The position numbers and the translations under genes were made by a program. The notes beneath the pieces were generated by a model. The model worked only from the letters and a program-made list of their open reading frames with translations, was not told the origin of the DNA and searched no databases. Source: Histomonas meleagridis 2922-C6/04-290x (taxonomy: Eukaryota > Protista > Parabasalia). Taken from it: a stretch of DNA of 64,000 bases. The stretch lies in assembly GCA_020184695.1 (NCBI GenBank), contig JAANOX010000207.1, positions 1 to 64,000 of the forward strand, given 5' to 3'. This document shows positions 12,275 to 23,627 of the stretch, in pieces. The stretch's first letter is position 1. The number at the start of each line of letters is the position of its first letter.

Positions 12275-14497
12275 ATGCAAACAAAGCTCACCTATGAGAT
12301 AATGCAAAAGCTCCCTAAAGCAGAGCTTCACTGCCATCTTGATGGTTTCCTTCGTCCTCAAACAGTTCTTGATCTTGCTAAAGAACAAAATGTTGAACTT
12401 CCAGTCAAAACACTTGAAGAAATAAAATCAATCATGACAGTTCCACTTGATTGTCCTGATCTTGTTACTTATCTTAAATGTTTTGATCTTCCACTTCTTG
12501 TAATGCAATATCCATATGCTATTACCCGTATTTTCTATGAAGCTTGTGAAGATGCTGTCAAAGATGGAATCACCTATCTTGAGCTACGTTTTGCTCCAGC
12601 TCTTCATACCAACAATGGTAATTCATATTCCCAAATTCTTGAAGCTGCCATTCAAGGCTGTATCATGGCCGAAAAGAAACTCCCCATCACAGCCCGTATT
12701 ATTTGCTGTGCCATGCGTCATATGAGTCCAGAAGTTAATGCTGAGATAGCCGAAATTTGTTGGCGTTATCGTCATCGTTATGTTGTTGCCTTTGACCTTG
12801 CTGGCCCTGAATATAACTTCCCACCACACAAACACGTTGCAGCCTTCCGTACCATCCGTGAGAAATCATTAGGTGTCACAATTCATGCCGGTGAAGCATT
12901 TGGTGCACGCTCAGTTGACTTAGCATTGGCATGCGCTGCCCAACGTATTGGCCATGGCACTCGAGTTGTTGAAGATCAAAAAGTATTAGATGAAGTAATC
13001 GATCGTCGTATTCCACTTGAATGCTGTGTCTCATCAAATGTCCAAACCAAAGCAGTCCAAAAACTCGAAGACCATCCAATCAAGAAATTATTTGATTTGG
13101 GTGCAATCACAGTTCCATGCACAGATAACCCAACAGTATCCGGCGTAACATTAACAAATGAATATATGTTACTCCAGGACAAGTTTAACTTTACAGTTGC
13201 CGAAATCCTTAAATGTATTGACTATGGATTTCGTAGTGCATTTGTCTCTGAAGGCCACAGGAAGAGACTCCGTGTTCAAGCATTTATTAAATCGATGAAA
13301 ATACTCCAAGAAAACAACATTGACATTTCTGGAGTTATTGCTAATTCTGATTACTATGCAAAGATCGGCTTAACAGTTCCGCCAGCCTTTAAGCCAATTG
13401 TCCAAAACCCACCATTAACACTTTCATTATTACAACAATTATCCAAATGTGATTTAGATTGCAGATTAATTGGAAGTGTACCATTTGGCTTATTATATGA
13501 ATTCTACACCAAACTAAGTGAGGAAGAACGTAATTCACTTCCTAAATTTGCATCTGCTGAAGAAATGAAAGAATTTTGTTTATGTAAAGAGGAAGAACAA
13601 TTCCATCTTAAAGGCAAAGCTTTAGCTATATCGTTATTACAAACAGAAGAGAACATTCGCTCTGCTGTTAATGCGATTTTAGATGAAGCATTCCAAGACA
13701 AAGTCATCTACATGGAGTTAACGGTCTGTCCGTTATACCACATCAAGAAGGAGTTAACCTCTGAAAAAGTCGTCGAAATAATTTCAGACGAAATTGAGAA
13801 GTTTACAAATGGCAAAGACATGACCGTTAAAATTGTCATTAATGGTAATATTAAGACTCTATCACCATTACAAATCCATGAATTAGCCAAACTTGCAGTT
13901 AAGTGCCAAGACAAAGGAGTTGTTGGCTTTACCACAACAACAGCCGAAATTAGTGAAGAGCAAATGCGCTTTTATGAACAAACATTTAATTATTTAAGAC
14001 AAAACCATATACCAGTAACAATGTTTGCAGGTGAAAGTAATACTGAATCTGTAAATTGCGCATTAATTCGAGGTCATGCACGAAGAATCTCTGGAGGCTT
14101 TAAGATTGCGCAAAGCGAAACATTACTTAGTGACGTAACATCACATAACAATGCGATATTGTTTAACTTGTCGCCGCGAATGAAAAACGCTGTTAAGGGA
14201 TGGCATGATTCGCCTGTTCGTTTCTTCTATGACTTTGGCGTTCGATTAGCGTTCTGCTCGATACATAACGCATTCACGAACAAGTCCAGATCGCAGCAAT
14301 TGTTCGAAATCGCTGAGGCGTCTGGATTCGATGCTGTCACTTTGTTGTCCATTATGAATAATTCGTTTGCTTCAATTTGTTTGCATTATAAAGATGTAAA
14401 TAAGTACCAAAAGAGATTTTGGAAGGAGTCAATCGAATTATTGAAGCAAAATGGATACACAACATTTATGAACTATTCATATTTCCCAACTGAATAA
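12275..14497 (+). CDS. adenosine deaminase-family protein with two tandem ADA domains (second one degenerate)
   Basis: Domain 1: LPKAELHCHLDG, YLELRFAP, FDLAGPE, TIHAGEA, RIGHGTR, CTDN. Domain 2: LSKCDLDCRLIG, YMELTVCP, TMFAGES, RRISGG, CSIHN. Inr-like TCACT precedes the ATG at 12275. Confidence 0.9.
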   Translation: MQTKLTYEIMQKLPKAELHCHLDGFLRPQTVLDLAKEQNVELPVKTLEEIKSIMTVPLDCPDLVTYLKCFDLPLLVMQYPYAITRIFYEACEDAVKDGITYLELRFAPALHTNNGNSYSQILEAAIQGCIMAEKKLPITARIICCAMRHMSPEVNAEIAEICWRYRHRYVVAFDLAGPEYNFPPHKHVAAFRTIREKSLGVTIHAGEAFGARSVDLALACAAQRIGHGTRVVEDQKVLDEVIDRRIPLECCVSSNVQTKAVQKLEDHPIKKLFDLGAITVPCTDNPTVSGVTLTNEYMLLQDKFNFTVAEILKCIDYGFRSAFVSEGHRKRLRVQAFIKSMKILQENNIDISGVIANSDYYAKIGLTVPPAFKPIVQNPPLTLSLLQQLSKCDLDCRLIGSVPFGLLYEFYTKLSEEERNSLPKFASAEEMKEFCLCKEEEQFHLKGKALAISLLQTEENIRSAVNAILDEAFQDKVIYMELTVCPLYHIKKELTSEKVVEIISDEIEKFTNGKDMTVKIVINGNIKTLSPLQIHELAKLAVKCQDKGVVGFTTTTAEISEEQMRFYEQTFNYLRQNHIPVTMFAGESNTESVNCALIRGHARRISGGFKIAQSETLLSDVTSHNNAILFNLSPRMKNAVKGWHDSPVRFFYDFGVRLAFCSIHNAFTNKSRSQQLFEIAEASGFDAVTLLSIMNNSFASICLHYKDVNKYQKRFWKESIELLKQNGYTTFMNYSYFPTE

Positions 14498-14885
14498 GTA
14501 AATAATTAAATGAATTAAATTTCTTCAAATAAAAAATATTGCGCAGAACTTAGTGAAACATTTACAGATCATTAGGCGTTTTGATTTTGAACTGAGAAGT
14601 GAAGGGAAAATGTTATACATGTTTTGTGATTCGGCTTCTACTTTAAAGTGGTTTTTCAACTCTAAACTCAGTTGAGCCAAAAAGTTCTTTTCAATAGAAT
14701 AAAACTTGATCTCTTTTATTAAATAAAACCTTATGATCTCATACCATCGATAATTTTATGCTCCTTTGGAAATAATTGAATATTTCAACTTGTCTGTGCT
14801 TTTCTAAAATGATTCAAGAACATTAATCAATTCATGGAATGCATTAACTCATTTAGCAAACGATTCTCAGTCATGTAATTTCGCA

Positions 14886-15160
14886 AATAATTTCACATCG
14901 ATTTTAATCAAACAATTTACTGTTATATACCTTCGTAAATAATTTAACATAAACTTTAATCAAACAATTCGCTGTTATTTAATTTTATAAATAATTATAC
15001 ATCGATTTTAATCAAACAATTTACTGTTATGTACCTTAGTAAATAATTTAACATAAACTTTAATCAAACAATTCGCTGTTATTTAATTATATAAATAATT
15101 TTACATCGATTTTAATCAAATAATTCGTTGTTATTTAACTTCGTAAACAATTTACAACAT
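14886..15160. repeat. 52-bp minisatellite, ~5.3 copies, alternating A/B variants
   Basis: Units start at 14886, 14938, 14990, 15042, 15094, 15146; shared core tttaatcaaacaatt..ctgttat. Confidence 0.9.
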
Positions 15161-15179
15161 GCAATCAATTTGTGTTTAT

Positions 15180-16637
15180 TCATATCTCGTCGAAGCCACC
15201 TCCGATTTCTTTTGACATTATCTCATCCAAATCGAAGTCACTTTGCTCCATTCCGTGCGCCCATTCCATCACCGACAAGTAGTTTGCCGGCCCCGCGTAC
15301 TGTATACCTTCTGTCACGTTATTCGTCGGGAAGTACCATATCGACGGAATCCCCAATCCGATGTCCCTTTGGAATGACGGCGTCGAAATTGTTACGTCCC
15401 AAAACGCCCAATTCACTGTTCCGCCTGCGCGCGCAATAGTTTTAGCGGCGTCAATGCCCGCGCGCTTTAACGTGCCGCATTTGATACAAAACGCTGAAGT
15501 GAACAATGTGAAGAATGGTCCTTCGTTCATCATTCGCTCAAATGCAAATTCGGTAACTGGTCGAAGGGTTCCATATAAGCCATGAGGAGTAGGAATAGTC
15601 GCCATTTCTAATGTGTCATTGGAAAATTGGTTAAATATCGTTTCGTTGGATATATCAGATACATAATAACTGATATTGGTATAATTGGCAGAGATGTAAA
15701 TAATGCTGGGAATGGTGGTAACATTAAATAAGGTGACAAGAGACGAAAATTTATGAGAATCGGCTGTGTAGAATCGAATCCAATTTTGTGTATTGGAATA
15801 TTTGCCAAGAAGTGGATAGACTGAATCAACGTCAGCGGAAGAGCTGGTGTCGAGAATGGCAACGGCTGAGCGGATGGAAACGCCATCTGGTGAAAATAGA
15901 TTTATTGTATTAAGTTCTCGGAATAATGGAATGGAATTGTGTTGAGTCCATATAAACATTTCGTCTGCATCAGGTTCGCCATCATATACAAACTTTTGGA
16001 GATCAGAGAAACGAATTAACATTAACGAGGGATATCTGACACGAAGGGTCTTGGCAACAGATTTGTCGGCGATACGAACGAATGGAAAGTATGGACCAAG
16101 CTCTTGTGCAAGGTCATTCATACAACGTTCGAATTTGGTATCTTGATCTCCAATAAGAATGATCGCTAATTGTTTGTCTGGATATGCATCTGAGATAGCT
16201 GTGTACACATCGGATTCTGTGACATTCTCTTTGAACTTTAATTCAATGATATTAGGAGTTGTCCAATTTGAAATAAAACGCCTTATACTGTCTTCAGAGA
16301 ACATACCATGATGGATTCCTGTTTTAGTGCCACTTAAAAAATGGAAAAGTGTTGGAAATCCTGGAACTGAATATGTTCTTGCTACATCAGCTCCAACAGA
16401 TGCTGGAACAACAAAAAATTTGGCCTTTTTCTTATATTCCTTTGCAACCTTTACATAATTGGCATAAGCTGCATCAGAAAGCTTTGAGTGGTCTTGATGG
16501 AAAAGAACAAATGATGATTTCTCTTTTCTAATAGCATCACGCATTGTATTATCATCAAGTATACGAATGAATGAGGAGTCCATTTGTACTCTTGGAATAT
16601 TTATTGCTGCTGCACCTAATGCAAAAACAACAAACAT
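15180..16637 (-). CDS. secreted/ER multi-thioredoxin-fold (PDI-like) protein
   Basis: Signal peptide MFVVFALGAAA, thioredoxin-fold signatures (YSVPGFPTLFHF, GIPSIWYFP), a single CxxC (FCIKC) in the last domain, and a C-terminal FDEI resembling an ER-retention signal. Confidence 0.7.
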   Translation of the reverse strand: MFVVFALGAAAINIPRVQMDSSFIRILDDNTMRDAIRKEKSSFVLFHQDHSKLSDAAYANYVKVAKEYKKKAKFFVVPASVGADVARTYSVPGFPTLFHFLSGTKTGIHHGMFSEDSIRRFISNWTTPNIIELKFKENVTESDVYTAISDAYPDKQLAIILIGDQDTKFERCMNDLAQELGPYFPFVRIADKSVAKTLRVRYPSLMLIRFSDLQKFVYDGEPDADEMFIWTQHNSIPLFRELNTINLFSPDGVSIRSAVAILDTSSSADVDSVYPLLGKYSNTQNWIRFYTADSHKFSSLVTLFNVTTIPSIIYISANYTNISYYVSDISNETIFNQFSNDTLEMATIPTPHGLYGTLRPVTEFAFERMMNEGPFFTLFTSAFCIKCGTLKRAGIDAAKTIARAGGTVNWAFWDVTISTPSFQRDIGLGIPSIWYFPTNNVTEGIQYAGPANYLSVMEWAHGMEQSDFDLDEIMSKEIGGGFDEI

Positions 16638-16989
16638 AGTTTATAGAACGGTTAACTGAACAATTGAAAATTTCCAATGCTTTGTTTGACCAAAAAATGA
16701 CGGTTTTTTACCACCTCACCAAATTTTTACGAATAAAATTCTGTTTATTTTTATGGATATTAATTTTTTCTTGGTAAGACTGATCATTATTTAAGTACAA
16801 ATTTAAGTTGAAATTCTCCATAATTTTTAATTTTCGATTTTTTTATGATTTTTGTGTCCAATCAGTTTTAGATCTAAAACTGATCATCATTTTTGAAAGA
16901 GGCTTTATTACAAAAAAATAAAACAATCTCGAAAAAAAAATGATTCGTTATTCTTCTTCTTGTTATTATATATTAGCAATGGTGTTTAT

Positions 16990-17334
16990 TTACTTCTTTC
17001 CTCCTTTCTTGGTTTGTTGGACACGCCTCTTTACAGCTGTCGTTGCAATCTTTGCATTTGCATCAACTGAAACACCGGCATATCCACGAGTAACTTTCTT
17101 GGATCTTTGAACACGTCCTTTCTTTTCAACTTGATCAGTGTTAGCCTTTTTATGGTCAAAACGGTAGTGTTCAGTCCAGCTAATCTTTCTTGGATTCCTT
17201 TTACGTTGCCACATGCGGAATGTCTTGCGTGATTCAAAAGCCATCATATGCTTATCTTCACGAATATAAATGATACCGTGTCCTGGGTGAAATTGGTGAC
17301 CAGAGAATCCATCAATCTCGGTTCTGTGAGACAT
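16990..17334 (-). CDS. RPL24: 60S ribosomal protein eL24
   Basis: FSGHQFHPGHG, RKRNPRKISWTEHYRFDHKK match the eL24 N-terminal domain. Confidence 0.9.
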   Translation of the reverse strand: MSHRTEIDGFSGHQFHPGHGIIYIREDKHMMAFESRKTFRMWQRKRNPRKISWTEHYRFDHKKANTDQVEKKGRVQRSKKVTRGYAGVSVDANAKIATTAVKRRVQQTKKGGKK

Positions 17335-17340
17335 TACAGG

Positions 17341-17345
17341 AAAGG
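17341..17345 (-). promoter_or_regulatory. CCTTT (M5-type) core promoter motif of a ribosomal protein gene
   Basis: Minus strand reads cccttCCTTTcctgtaATG. CCTTT is the known Inr-replacing motif of T. vaginalis ribosomal protein genes. Confidence 0.5.
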
Positions 17346-17818
17346 AAGGGCCAAACTTCGAACGCCACTTTTTGTATTTTTATTGAAATCAAGAAATGTG
17401 ATCTGAAAAGAAGAATTAAATGAGTAATTTTAAATCAAGAAAATATTAGTAAATTTATAACCTAAAACTTTATATGAAGTATGTATTTAATATTTGATGG
17501 TTTAAAGTTAAAATCACTTTGTTGTATATTAAAATGATGAGATTAAGTCTGTGTTATTAATAGGATTTTGTTTTCATTTATGTGTTAATTTCTTATTCCA
17601 AATTAAGCCATTTAAAATTATAATAACTTTTATTTTACTTTGGTTTCAATTATGCACTTCGATTGTAATTCATAAAAACTATATACTAAAAGTAAGAACA
17701 GTTTTTCTTGTTTAAAAGTAATTTAAATTTTTATTTATATTGAAATTTTTCATCAGAACTACTTCTCTATCGGATTTTTAAACTTGAAAAAATAATATTA
17801 AATAAGACAAATAAAAAT

Positions 17819-20654
17819 CTTAGGATTTAATATCAAATTCCTTTATGCTTAAGAAGTAATTCAACAATTTCTGCATTACCTTTTTCGGTCGCATATATTA
17901 GTGATGTTTTAAATAATTTATATAGTTTTCGTGTGTTATAAAAAAATTTCAAATTATAAAAATAAATATTAAATAAAACAAATAAATATCTTTAGCATTA
18001 ATATCAATTCCTTTTTGTTCAAGAAGTAATTGAACTATTTCTGTATGACCATTTCTAGATGCTTCAATAAGTGCTGTTTGAAATAATTTAAATAATTTCC
18101 AAATATTATTTTGAAATATAAAATTATTAAAATAAATTCTAAATAAAACAAATAAATATTTTTAGCATTAATATCAATTCCTTTTTGTTCAAGAAGTAAT
18201 TTAACTATTTCTGTATAACCTTCATCAGATGCATACATAAGTGCTGTATTAAATATATATAATAATTTCCAAATATTATTTTGAAATAAAAAATTATTAA
18301 AATAAATTTCAAATAAAACAAATAAATATCTTTAGCATTAATATCAATTCCTTCTTGTTCAAGAAGTAATTGAACTATTTCTGTATGACCATATTTAGAT
18401 GCCCACATAAGTGCTGTCCAAAATAATTTAAATGATTTCCAAATATTATTTTGAAATATCAAATTATTAAAATAAATTTCATATAAAACAAATAAATATC
18501 TTTAGCATTAATATCAATTCCTTCTTGTTCAAGAAGCAATTTAACTATTTCTGTATGACCATATCTAGATGCTAATATAAGTGCTGTTTCAAATAATTTA
18601 AATGATTTCCAAATATTATTTTGAAATATCAAATTATTAAAATAAATTTCATATAAAACAAATAAATATCTTTAGCATTAATATCAATTCCTTCTTGTTC
18701 AAGAAGCAATTTAACTATTTCTGTATGACCATATTTAGATGCCCACATAAGTGCTGTCCAAAATAATTTAAATGATTTCCAAATATTATTTTGAAATATC
18801 AAATTATTAAAATAAATTTCATATAAAACAAATAATTATCTTTAGCATTAATATCAATTCCTTCTTGTTCAAGAAGTAGTTTAACAATTTTTATAAAACC
18901 AAATTGAGATGCCAACATAAGTGCCGTCCAAAAAAATTTAAATAATTTCCAAATATTATTTTGAAACACCAAATTATCAAAGGAGATTTTAAATAAAGTT
19001 TAAAAATATTATCTATAGCATTAATATCTATATCTTTTTGTTCAAGAAGTAATTTAACAATTTCTGTATGACCATTATAAGATGCAAGTATAAGTGCTGT
19101 TCTAAATAATTTAAAAAATTTTCAAATTCTGCTTTAAGATTTTATTATATTAAAACAAACATTATTCAAAACAAACAAATATCTTTAGCATTAATGTCAA
19201 TTCCCTTTTGTTCAAGTAGTAATTGAACTACTTCTGTATGACCATTATATGATGCACACATAAGTGCTGTTCTAAATAATTTAAATAATTTTCAAATTTT
19301 GCTTTAAGATTTTAATTTATTAAAACAAACTTTATTCAAAACAAACAAATATCTTTAGAATTTATATCAATTCCGTTTTGTTCAAGTAGCAATTGAACTA
19401 TTTCTGCTCGACCATTTGAAGATGCTTTAATAAGAGCTGTATTAAATAATTTATATAAGTTCCATATGTTATATTAAATTATTATAATATTAAAATAAAT
19501 TTTATGTAAAACATATAAATATCTTTAGCATTGATATCAATTTCTTCTTGATCTAAAATATATTTCACAAGTTCGACATTTCTTGATTCTGAAGAAGAGA
19601 TTAAAATATCAATTGGGATATGATTGCTATCAAGAAAATGTTTAACAAGAAAAATATTTCCAATTTTTGTTGATACATGAATAATATCTTCATTAATTTT
19701 CATTCCTTCTTTAAGTAAAAATGAAAAAATTTCATAATTATTATATAAAATACATTCAATACCTAATTTTTCTAAATTAATTTTCTTCATTTTCTTTTCA
19801 TAAACATAATGAAAGATATCATTTCGATGAAATCGAATAGCTGCTTCATATGCACCTTTAAATGATGAATGATTTTGTTTACATAAATGAATGATTTCAA
19901 TGTTTCCGCTTGCAACAGCATATTTACCTGTGTTTTCTACAATAGCACCATTCATAAGTAAATGTTTGAAACATTTAACTGATCCAAAAAATGCTGCATA
20001 ATCAATTAATGAAACATAATCATAAACAAATGAACACCTTTCATAAAGTGATGGCTCAATTTCTTGGTTAAAATCAAATTTTGTTTGTGATGATATATCT
20101 TGAAGTTTTTCTATTTCATCATTTCGGATTATTTTTGCAATTTCATTCGGATTAATACCTTCTTTGACATATTTCTTTTGTAATTCAAGATCATTCTTCG
20201 ATAGTTCTTTATAATATTCGATGATTTCTTCTTCTGATAGGTAATTAATGAAATGTAATCTCTTATTATTTTTGATAAATTTGAAGTCAATATAATTGTT
20301 TTCTAACATTTTTTCAAGAAGATAATATGACTCATTCATATTACTATCAAGAATTAGTTTAACAAATACATCAAAAATGTTTGGTTTAATTTGATTTTCC
20401 TCTTCTAATTTCTTTATTTCTTTCAAAAAATTAAAGTATACATCGAAATCATTTATTCTTGCATAGAGATTTGAGTATATCATTTGACAAATCATCATGT
20501 TAAAAGATAATGGATAAATATAATTAAATTTGTTTATTATTAAGTTTACTGTTTGAGAAAGATTTCCTTCATTCAAACCAAAAATTTTATTGTTGATGAA
20601 AAAAATTGTTTCCCATTCTTTTTGAGTTGAGTTGTCTGATTTACAAATTTGCAT
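17819..20654 (-). CDS. DUF3447 + ankyrin-repeat gene A; ankyrin modules interrupted by 10 spacers (9 x 80 nt, 1 x 83 nt)
   Basis: N-terminal LIDYAAFFGSVKCFKHLLMNGA / KYAVASGNIEIIHLC (DUF3447-like), then 90-nt TALxxASxxGHTEIVKLLLEQxGIDINAKD modules with a 170-nt period. Coding ends at TAA ~17819. Inr-like TCATT precedes ATG 20654. Not a continuous ORF. Confidence 0.8.
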
Positions 20655-20829
20655 TCGAATGATGAATGTAACCAGAAAACGATAGAAATGTGCAGGCAAA
20701 TATTTAACGGTCGAAAATATCTATCGTTTGTCCAACTTCAATGGAACTTTTTCAAAGAAATTTAACCAAAATTCTGAGTGTATCGTTCTATCGTACTTTT
20801 TGTATACAGTTTATATATGAAAAGATTTA

Positions 20830-22038
20830 TTACGAAGAAGAAGAGACATCTTTCTTAAACTTTTTCTGGTAAATCAAAAATCCGACAATAGCCAAAACAA
20901 TCACAACAATCACAGCAATAACAATTCCTGCTATAGCGCCAGGGCCAAGAGAAGAACCAGAATTTTCGGGGTCATTTGATTTTGTACCATAATCAGAAGA
21001 ATCTAAAGGTTCATTTGGGTTCAACAACTTATTTTCTAGTTCTTCTGAATAATCTAATTCTGTTGTTACGTCATTGCAATTAATTGGTCGAACACTGTAC
21101 GATACGTCAAAACCGTCGCTTTCACTTTTTGCATGAACGATATAAACTTCGCCCGCTTTGATGAGGGTTCGATTGACTTTAAAAACAATCGCATCCGAAT
21201 ACCCGTACTCTACATTACTTAGTAACGTGGACGTGATGATGTTTTCACCTTTGGAATTATATGCAGTAATTTTATATGGTCCAAAAATTTTAGGATAGAG
21301 ATAATACACACATGAAGTTTTGCCATCAGGAGTAGTGGTGCATTTACGTGTGGCATTTGTGACATGAGATAAGCTCCATTGATTATAACAAAGATTAATG
21401 GGAACAATTCCAATTGGATATGCAACAAATTTGACACTGGTAACGAGAGGATCATCCTTTTGACGGTTCGTCATGCCTTGGATGTAAAGGTTGGTGAAAT
21501 GATCTTTTACACCTCCGCTCCATTGTAATTTTGTTGGTGCAATTATGTGCCTCCGATGGCCAACTGTTTCAACAGTTTGATCATTCATATAAGCTTCAAT
21601 TGAATCTGTGAGTGAAGCATTTATATAAGTTTGATATAAGTTTGATGCTCCTAATGCATCATCTCCTAATTTTGTATAACACTTAAAATCTTCAGATGGG
21701 TGGTGAGTAAGTGAGCCATATTGAGATAAAATAGCACACCCTTCTTGTGAGGCTTTTCGAAAACTTGAATTTTCATATATTGGTGCTTGACCTAACATAT
21801 ATCTGAAGAAGTTAATTCTTTTTTCTGCTTTGTCGAAATCATCTTGATTAATTGCTTCGCCAGGATCACATTCATTTGTTGTCGATCCTGACCAAAAGGG
21901 ACCTGTAGGGGTTGGTAAATAATCCTCTTGGTAACGCTGGCATGTTTCCAAAGCTGTTCGACGTTCAACAGCCTCGTATATTGTTAAAGAAGCACAGAAA
22001 GGCACAAAAAGAAACATTTGAAGTTGGCTGATCGACAT
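20830..22038 (-). CDS. CAP/SCP-domain type I membrane protein
   Basis: Hydrophobic leader; INFFRYMLG, LTHHPSEDFKCYT, ASNLY, AYMND...VGHRRHIIAP (CAP His motifs); C-terminal GPGAIAGIVIAVIVV TM and short basic tail. Confidence 0.75.
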   Translation of the reverse strand: MSISQLQMFLFVPFCASLTIYEAVERRTALETCQRYQEDYLPTPTGPFWSGSTTNECDPGEAINQDDFDKAEKRINFFRYMLGQAPIYENSSFRKASQEGCAILSQYGSLTHHPSEDFKCYTKLGDDALGASNLYQTYINASLTDSIEAYMNDQTVETVGHRRHIIAPTKLQWSGGVKDHFTNLYIQGMTNRQKDDPLVTSVKFVAYPIGIVPINLCYNQWSLSHVTNATRKCTTTPDGKTSCVYYLYPKIFGPYKITAYNSKGENIITSTLLSNVEYGYSDAIVFKVNRTLIKAGEVYIVHAKSESDGFDVSYSVRPINCNDVTTELDYSEELENKLLNPNEPLDSSDYGTKSNDPENSGSSLGPGAIAGIVIAVIVVIVLAIVGFLIYQKKFKKDVSSSS

Positions 22039-22390
22039 GAAGCTCAAAAAGTGAAAATTAAAACCCACACAAAATTCAGCTGATTAAACGCAAGATTCAA
22101 TGGTTTATAAATCTGCAACTGTGAACGATGTCTGTTTAACTGATAACATGAAAATAAAACACAACTCTTCATGAGCAAACACATACCAGAAAGCCATTTG
22201 CTTACAAATGATTTATCATGAATTCCTTTTTTCATTAAGAGCGGTTCCTTATTTCATGTGCACATCGCTTCGTGAAATTGAATGGGAAATGATCGTTAAA
22301 ATTTCTTAAACGGTCGCCATCAAAGGGTCTGTTTCAGCTTTATTTTAACAGACTTTGTGAATAAACGAAAGCCCACAAAAAGATCTTTTA

Positions 22391-23425
22391 ATGAACCGAA
22401 TACAAACTTTTGGAGTTGTAATAACTCCTCTCACAGACGACATAAGCAAGAAAGCTCTTTCCGAAAATTTTTCAAAATTTGGAAAAATTATAAATATTTC
22501 GATCAACAAAAACAAAAATTGTTCATATGTAAATTATGAAAGAAAAGATAGTTCTATCCGTGCTGCCGAAGAAATGAGTGGCCAATATATTGGTGATACA
22601 AAAATTAAAGCTGAAGCACAAAATAAGAAAAATTCAAATCCCAAAACAAACAACCCTTGTGTACGTATATCTGGATTTAATCAAAACGTTACTGAAACCT
22701 ATCTTTCTAAAGTATTTCATACACTTCCAGGGTTCAAAAGTGTATTCATTCCGAAAGGAAAGACTTTTGGTTTTGTTAATTTCAACACAGAAGATGAAGC
22801 GACTTCAGCCTTCAATGAAATAAATGGGAAACAATTCGATAATTTTACAATTGAAGCATCACGTCGCCAAAATCCGTTAACAAAACCTCCAAATTTTCAA
22901 ACTGAAAGAGAAAAAGTGACCATGCCGATACATAACACAAAAAGTGACAATGTAATGTTACCAAAAAGTGACGAATCAAATTCAAAAAAAGAAGAATTTT
23001 CGGTAGATCAAATGATTGTTTCATTTATCGAAAACTTTCTTAAAACCAAGTATTATAATAATTTTGACCAATTTTGTTCATTTTATTGTAAGCAACCAAT
23101 TTTTACCCTTAGTGAATCATATCTTAATAACGGTCTCAAGCAAACAATTGAAGAAAATGAAAAACAAACGGCGCATTCTCCAATTGATATCATTGAAATC
23201 CTTAGGAACTCGCTTTTCGGGAGTTTGTTTTGTTCATTTGATTCATTAAATGTTTCGCAAATTGGCGAATATTCGTTTTCTGTGATGTTGAATGGACACT
23301 TCAAAGATATCCAAACAATGGAAGTGTTCAGAGTCATGACAATTTTTTATTCATTCGAAGATTCCCAATTCAAAATTAGCTCTGACCATATACACATCAA
23401 ATTTTTTGTTCCAAATGCAATGTGA
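22391..23425 (+). CDS. RNA-binding protein: two RRMs plus C-terminal NTF2-like domain
   Basis: RNP1 motifs KNCSYVNY and KTFGFVNF. The C-terminal ~140 aa have an NTF2-like pattern (FIENFL...FY...FTLS...SVMLNGHF...ISSDHIHI). Confidence 0.7.
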   Translation: MNRIQTFGVVITPLTDDISKKALSENFSKFGKIINISINKNKNCSYVNYERKDSSIRAAEEMSGQYIGDTKIKAEAQNKKNSNPKTNNPCVRISGFNQNVTETYLSKVFHTLPGFKSVFIPKGKTFGFVNFNTEDEATSAFNEINGKQFDNFTIEASRRQNPLTKPPNFQTEREKVTMPIHNTKSDNVMLPKSDESNSKKEEFSVDQMIVSFIENFLKTKYYNNFDQFCSFYCKQPIFTLSESYLNNGLKQTIEENEKQTAHSPIDIIEILRNSLFGSLFCSFDSLNVSQIGEYSFSVMLNGHFKDIQTMEVFRVMTIFYSFEDSQFKISSDHIHIKFFVPNAM

Positions 23426-23627
23426 ACATTTTTAAATAATTTGTATAATAAATATTTTTTGTATTTACGTTATTCTTTTTAAAAATAAAAATTATTTGGA
23501 AATCAATAAAGTTGAACAATAAAGTTCTTTCACAAACACTTCATTTTTTGAATATAAATACGATGATTTTTCATTCATTCGATTCTATCGTTGCAACCAC
23601 TTTATTTGAAGTGCATGCTAATGTTTT

